Part shown: piece by piece, positions 59,697 through 64,000 of the stretch
Layout of the letters: every line of letters starts with the position of its first letter
Numbering within the stretch: the stretch's first letter is position 1
Assembly: GCF_020745735.1 (NCBI RefSeq)
Contig: NC_083409.1
Location: 47,822,048-47,886,047 of the forward strand
Length of the DNA stretch: 64,000 nucleotides
Direction of reading: 5' to 3'
Origin: Hemiscyllium ocellatum
Taxonomy: Eukaryota
The notes under the pieces: generated by a model
What the model was told of the DNA's origin: nothing
The model's input: the letters and a program-made list of their open reading frames with translations, nothing else
Database searches by the model: none
Position numbers and translations under genes: made by a program

Positions 59697-59968
59697 GAGT
59701 CATAGAATCCCTACAGTATGGAAACAGGTCATTTGGCCCAACAAGTCCACACTGACCTTCCGAAGAGTAGCCCATCCAGACCCATTCCACTACCCTAATA
59801 CTCTCCATTTGCCCCTGACTAATGCACCTAATCTGCACATCCCTGAACACGATGGGCAATTTAGCATGGCCAATCCACCAAACCGGCGTGTCTTTGGATT
59901 GAGGGAGAAAACTAGAGCACCGAGAAGAAACACACGCAGACACAGGGAGAATGTGCAAACTCCACACT
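59697..59968 (-). mobile_element. HE1-type V-SINE, 5'-truncated
   Basis: Core and 3' end on the minus strand. Confidence 0.8.
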
Positions 59969-60657
59969 GCTCCATAAGTGTACCCCCAACTTGACATTTG
60001 CACTCTGCAGTCTTTGAGATACTAGAAAAGCATCACTAAATCTTTCTTTATTAGTCAATTCCACATACTTACTTGGTTACAATTTGCATCTATTCCATGA
60101 CTCTTTACCACGTGTTTGTGTATCTCTTTTATATTGTATGGTGAATACTGACAGCTGCCCTGACTTCAACAGTACTGCTACGAAATGAGAGGAGGTGCTA
60201 TTGCAGCTCGGGGAGCAAGGGGATCCGCAGAAGATCTCTTTCCAAAGGCCTGTTGTGCTCGTAGTGTCTCCACTGATGGTTCTAATGGCTGTTCGTGGCT
60301 GGATTGTAATTGTAACAGTGGGAGATCTAATGATCACCATTCACAGTGTGAACAGTATATTTTCTGGATGTAGTTGGAATGAATGCTACTCTTCCCATGT
60401 AGTCTAGCACAGCGATGCAGGGCACATAACTAATCTATATGAACCTCTTACAACATCGGGGAAGATCTTTGTTCCGAAGTGAAGATTGTAACAATGATTT
60501 TCAGACACTGGCTTGTAGTGGTGGCTGTGCATGGACCCTCTATGGTGGATTACAGATCAGACCCACCAGAATATTGAATATGTGAGGTGCTCTAGAGATA
60601 GACACCATGGGGACAGGAAAGGGTTTCATGGTATTATCATAGGGTCTGAAAATGTAA

Positions 60658-60843
<186 letters not shown>

Positions 60844-62498
60844 TAATGTTAATCCCAGTGCTGAAAATTATCAAAAATACGAGCACAATAAACGGTCTTC
60901 ATTTTAATTTCACATCCAACATGGGTCTTATCTCTGTTATATCCTGTTGGAATACTCTACCTTGCTGAGAAACCACACAGGAGCCAACTGCATTTTCTTT
61001 TTTGCACGTAAATCTTTCCACTTGTAGATGTGACAAATTGGAGTTGCATGTTTTGACTTTTGACACTCTTCTGATTGTTGCTTGCTAGTATCATGTCTGT
61101 GTTGTGAACTCCTATTGTGAGAGTGCTATTAACAGACTCTGCATGCCAGGGAGCACCAGGCTAGAATTGACTGGATCTCCCATTTGCGGGTATATTCTAC
61201 CTGTACGGCACATAATGAACAATGACCTGACATCTTGTATGTACTATAATGGGTTCAGCATTAAAACTGAATGGTCACGTTTCCTGTAAGTACTGACTGT
61301 CAGTACTGGTGGAGCATAGAAAGTGTGACGTGGATCTATAGCCCAGCATGAATCATCACATCTCTTTAGAAAAAAAAGATTATTTTTAATTCCCTCTCTT
61401 TATCCCTCCTGATGAAGTTCCTCCTTGCACTGCTCTGAACACGTTCTTCCAAGACCCAGTGCATCACTTAAATAATTTAAGGGCAATCCTTTAGCTTTAA
61501 CTTTCTGCTTGGCAGACTTTGAACTATTTCTGGCTACTCTCTCTGTCTTATTAAAGTAACATTGAAAGAAAAATAATTTGTGCTGAAATTTCTGAAATCT
61601 TTTCTCATCAGATTTTTCAGTTGCTTACATAATGTAAGCACAACTGCAGTCCTGTCTCACATCACCAGCTTCTGTTTTCAGGCACATACAACTTCTGGCT
61701 GCCTAACCACAGCAGCCCCAGAAGAAACATAGAGAGAGTCATTGCACTGATATAGACGCACCATCTTTTGATCTGATGCCCACAGCCACCAGCTCAGGAG
61801 ATGCCACAGCTCTTGCCATGATGGCAAGTTTAGGTTTGGATTATTACATGGTGAGCCAGCACACAGTCATGTGTAAAAGGATGCTCATGACGTAGCTTGC
61901 AGGGCCATTGATTTTTTGATGAGGTGAATAGCCATTTTCAGGCAGATTGTCCATAATATTGGGGCAATCCCAGAGCTTTGCTTAACAAGGGCTGGATTTT
62001 GAAGGTCTGTTTCAGATCTCTGTCTCATGACAGTTGCGTTCATATAATCATGAAATTGTTGCAGGTTGTGATTAAGCTGCTTGGACATCCAAATCTTTGG
62101 AGCACAATCCCCAGAGTCTTGTGATTTTATCTATAAAACGATTTGGCCATGTCGATGAATATTTGTGGTGTGGTTCTTGATGTTTTTCTTGGATTTATCT
62201 GATAAGAAAGACCATATGAGAGGTTAATGTGAAAAGTCTAAAGCCACATTGTGCCTCTAGAAGGATTTCCTTAACAACAGACATTAAGCTAATTGGGAAT
62301 GGTCCCTGTTGTGCACAGAGGAAATAGCTTGATCATTTCCACAGCATGATTGATAGCCTTTCTTGAAGGTAGTTACAATTTTTAGATCCCTGAAGTTGAG
62401 GAGAAATTTGTTTTCCTCTCAAATATACAATTTTACAAGATGTTCTGCCTGTCCTTGAAGGTTGCCAAAATAAAACCCACACCAACCCAGATCTTTGT

Positions 62499-62806
62499 GG
62501 GTGGCACGGTGGCACAGTGGTTAGCACTGCTGCCTCACAGCGCCAGAGACCGGGGTTCAATTCCCGCCTCAGGCAACTGACTGTGTGGAGTTTGCACATT
62601 CTCCCCGTGTCTGCGTGGGTTTCCTCCGGGTGCTGTGGTTTCCTCCCACAGTCCAAAGATGTGCAGGTCAGGTGAATTGGCCATGCTAAGTTGCCCATAG
62701 TGTTAGGTGAAGGGGTAAATCTAGGGGTATGGGTGGGTTGCACTTCGGCAGGACGGTGTGGACTTGTTGGGCCGAAGGGTCTGTTTCCACACTAGAAGTA
62801 ATCTAA
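62499..62806 (+). mobile_element. HE1-type V-SINE, full-length
   Basis: A/B boxes, core, tail. Confidence 0.9.
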
Positions 62807-62829
62807 GATCTGGTCAACTAAATATTCTA

Positions 62830-63740
62830 CCTTGCGTACATGGCCGAGGAGAAATGCTGGAATATGATGAGCATTTCACTATGAGAGGACATGGCTAACG
62901 AGGGAAGTCAGGGACAGCATAAAAGCAAAAGCCTACAACGTGATGAAGATTAGTGGGAAGCTAGGGGATTGGAAAGTCTTTAAAAAGCAACAGAAATACA
63001 ACTAAAAAAGAAATATGTGGGGAGAAAATGAGATATGAGAGGAAGCTAGCTAGTAATACAAAAGAAGATTGCAAGAGTTTTATTTAGATATCTAAAAGGT
63101 AAGAGAGGGGCAAGAATGGACCTTGGACTGAACTGATTCAGTACTTTGCATCAGTCATCATAGTGGAAGACACCAGCAGCAGACCAGAACTTCAAGAGAG
63201 TGATGGGGCAGAGGAGAGAGGGGCAGACCATCACTAAGGAGGCAGTGCTGGGGCAGCTGAAAGGTCTGAAGGTGGATAAATCAGCTGTTACAGATGGACT
63301 ACACCCCAAGATTCCAAAGGAGATAGTGGAGGCACTGGTGGTGACATTTCAGGAATCACTGGAGTCAAGGAGGGTCGCAGAGGGCTGGTACGTGGCATTG
63401 TAACGTTCCTGTTTAAGAAAAGAGAGAGTGAGGCAGAAGACAGGAAATTATAGGTCAATTAGCCTGACCTTGATTGTTCATAAGATTTTAGAGTCCATTA
63501 TTAAGGATAAGATTTCAGAGTACTTGGAAGTGCATCAGGTTAAAATAGGCTGAATCAGCATGGCTTCGTCAAGAGGAGGTCATACCTGACACATCTGTTA
63601 GAATTCTTTGAGAGAGAATCAGCAAGTTAGACAAAGGAGAGCCAATGGACCTATTTGGATTTCAAGAAGGCCTTTGATAAGGCGCTGCACAGGAGGCTGC
63701 TAAACAAGATAACAGCCAATGGTGATGGGGGCAAAGTATA
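62830..63740 (+). mobile_element. Decayed CR1-type LINE ORF2 fragment
   Basis: LKVDKS..DGLHP, NYRSISLT, QHGF, YLDFKKAFDK remnants. Confidence 0.8.
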
Positions 63741-64000
63741 ATGGAGCAGCTAAATGGCCTACTTCTGCTCCTTTTTTTTTGTTTTTTACCTTGTCAGCCA
63801 CCTCTCTCAGATGTCATGATAGATAAAGTATTTGTTGTTTGCCACACTCCTGTCCTGCTATGAGATCTGGGCTACGTATCAGTAGCACCAGGAACACTAG
63901 GGAAGTTTCAGAAGCAATACCTCTGGCACATCCTCCATACAAAATGGGTGGACCATTGAAGAAATACAAGGGTCCTTGTTGAAGCTAATCGTCAAAGTTT

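Noticed and set aside
61670-61860. Acceptor-like TTTTCAG| at ~61681 as FAM151A exon 5 or a Harbinger ORF2 relic
   Set aside because: Translation does not give the expected FL..V..K.P..TLS.GW continuation; relic identity cannot be supported by eye.

Overview
Vertebrate genomic DNA, almost certainly a shark or other elasmobranch, judged from HE1-type V-SINEs, CR1/HER1-type LINEs and Penelope elements; the species cannot be fixed from sequence alone. There are three host-like genes. (1) An intact single-exon Harbinger/HARBI1-family transposase-like ORF (20789-21916, -) whose presumed catalytic Glu is Lys. (2) S1PR1 (single coding exon 24555-25670, +), head-to-head with (1) across a CACCC-rich region. 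(3) The first four coding exons of FAM151A (44441-60842, +); the gene runs off the window. The rest is mostly retroelements: a young 5'-truncated L1, a near full-length decayed CR1, a Gypsy remnant, an LTR with a tRNA-Ser PBS, solo LTRs, L2 and SINE fragments, and Penelope (GIY-YIG) remnants. The most striking non-gene signal is a family of ~100-400 bp Penelope-terminus-derived units. They carry a minimal type I hammerhead-ribozyme motif, insert independently with 11-16 bp target-site duplications (TSDs), and are usually fold-back palindromes; one also has five tandem copies of its own 3'-terminal 36 nt. All coordinates were read by eye, and repeat boundaries are approximate.
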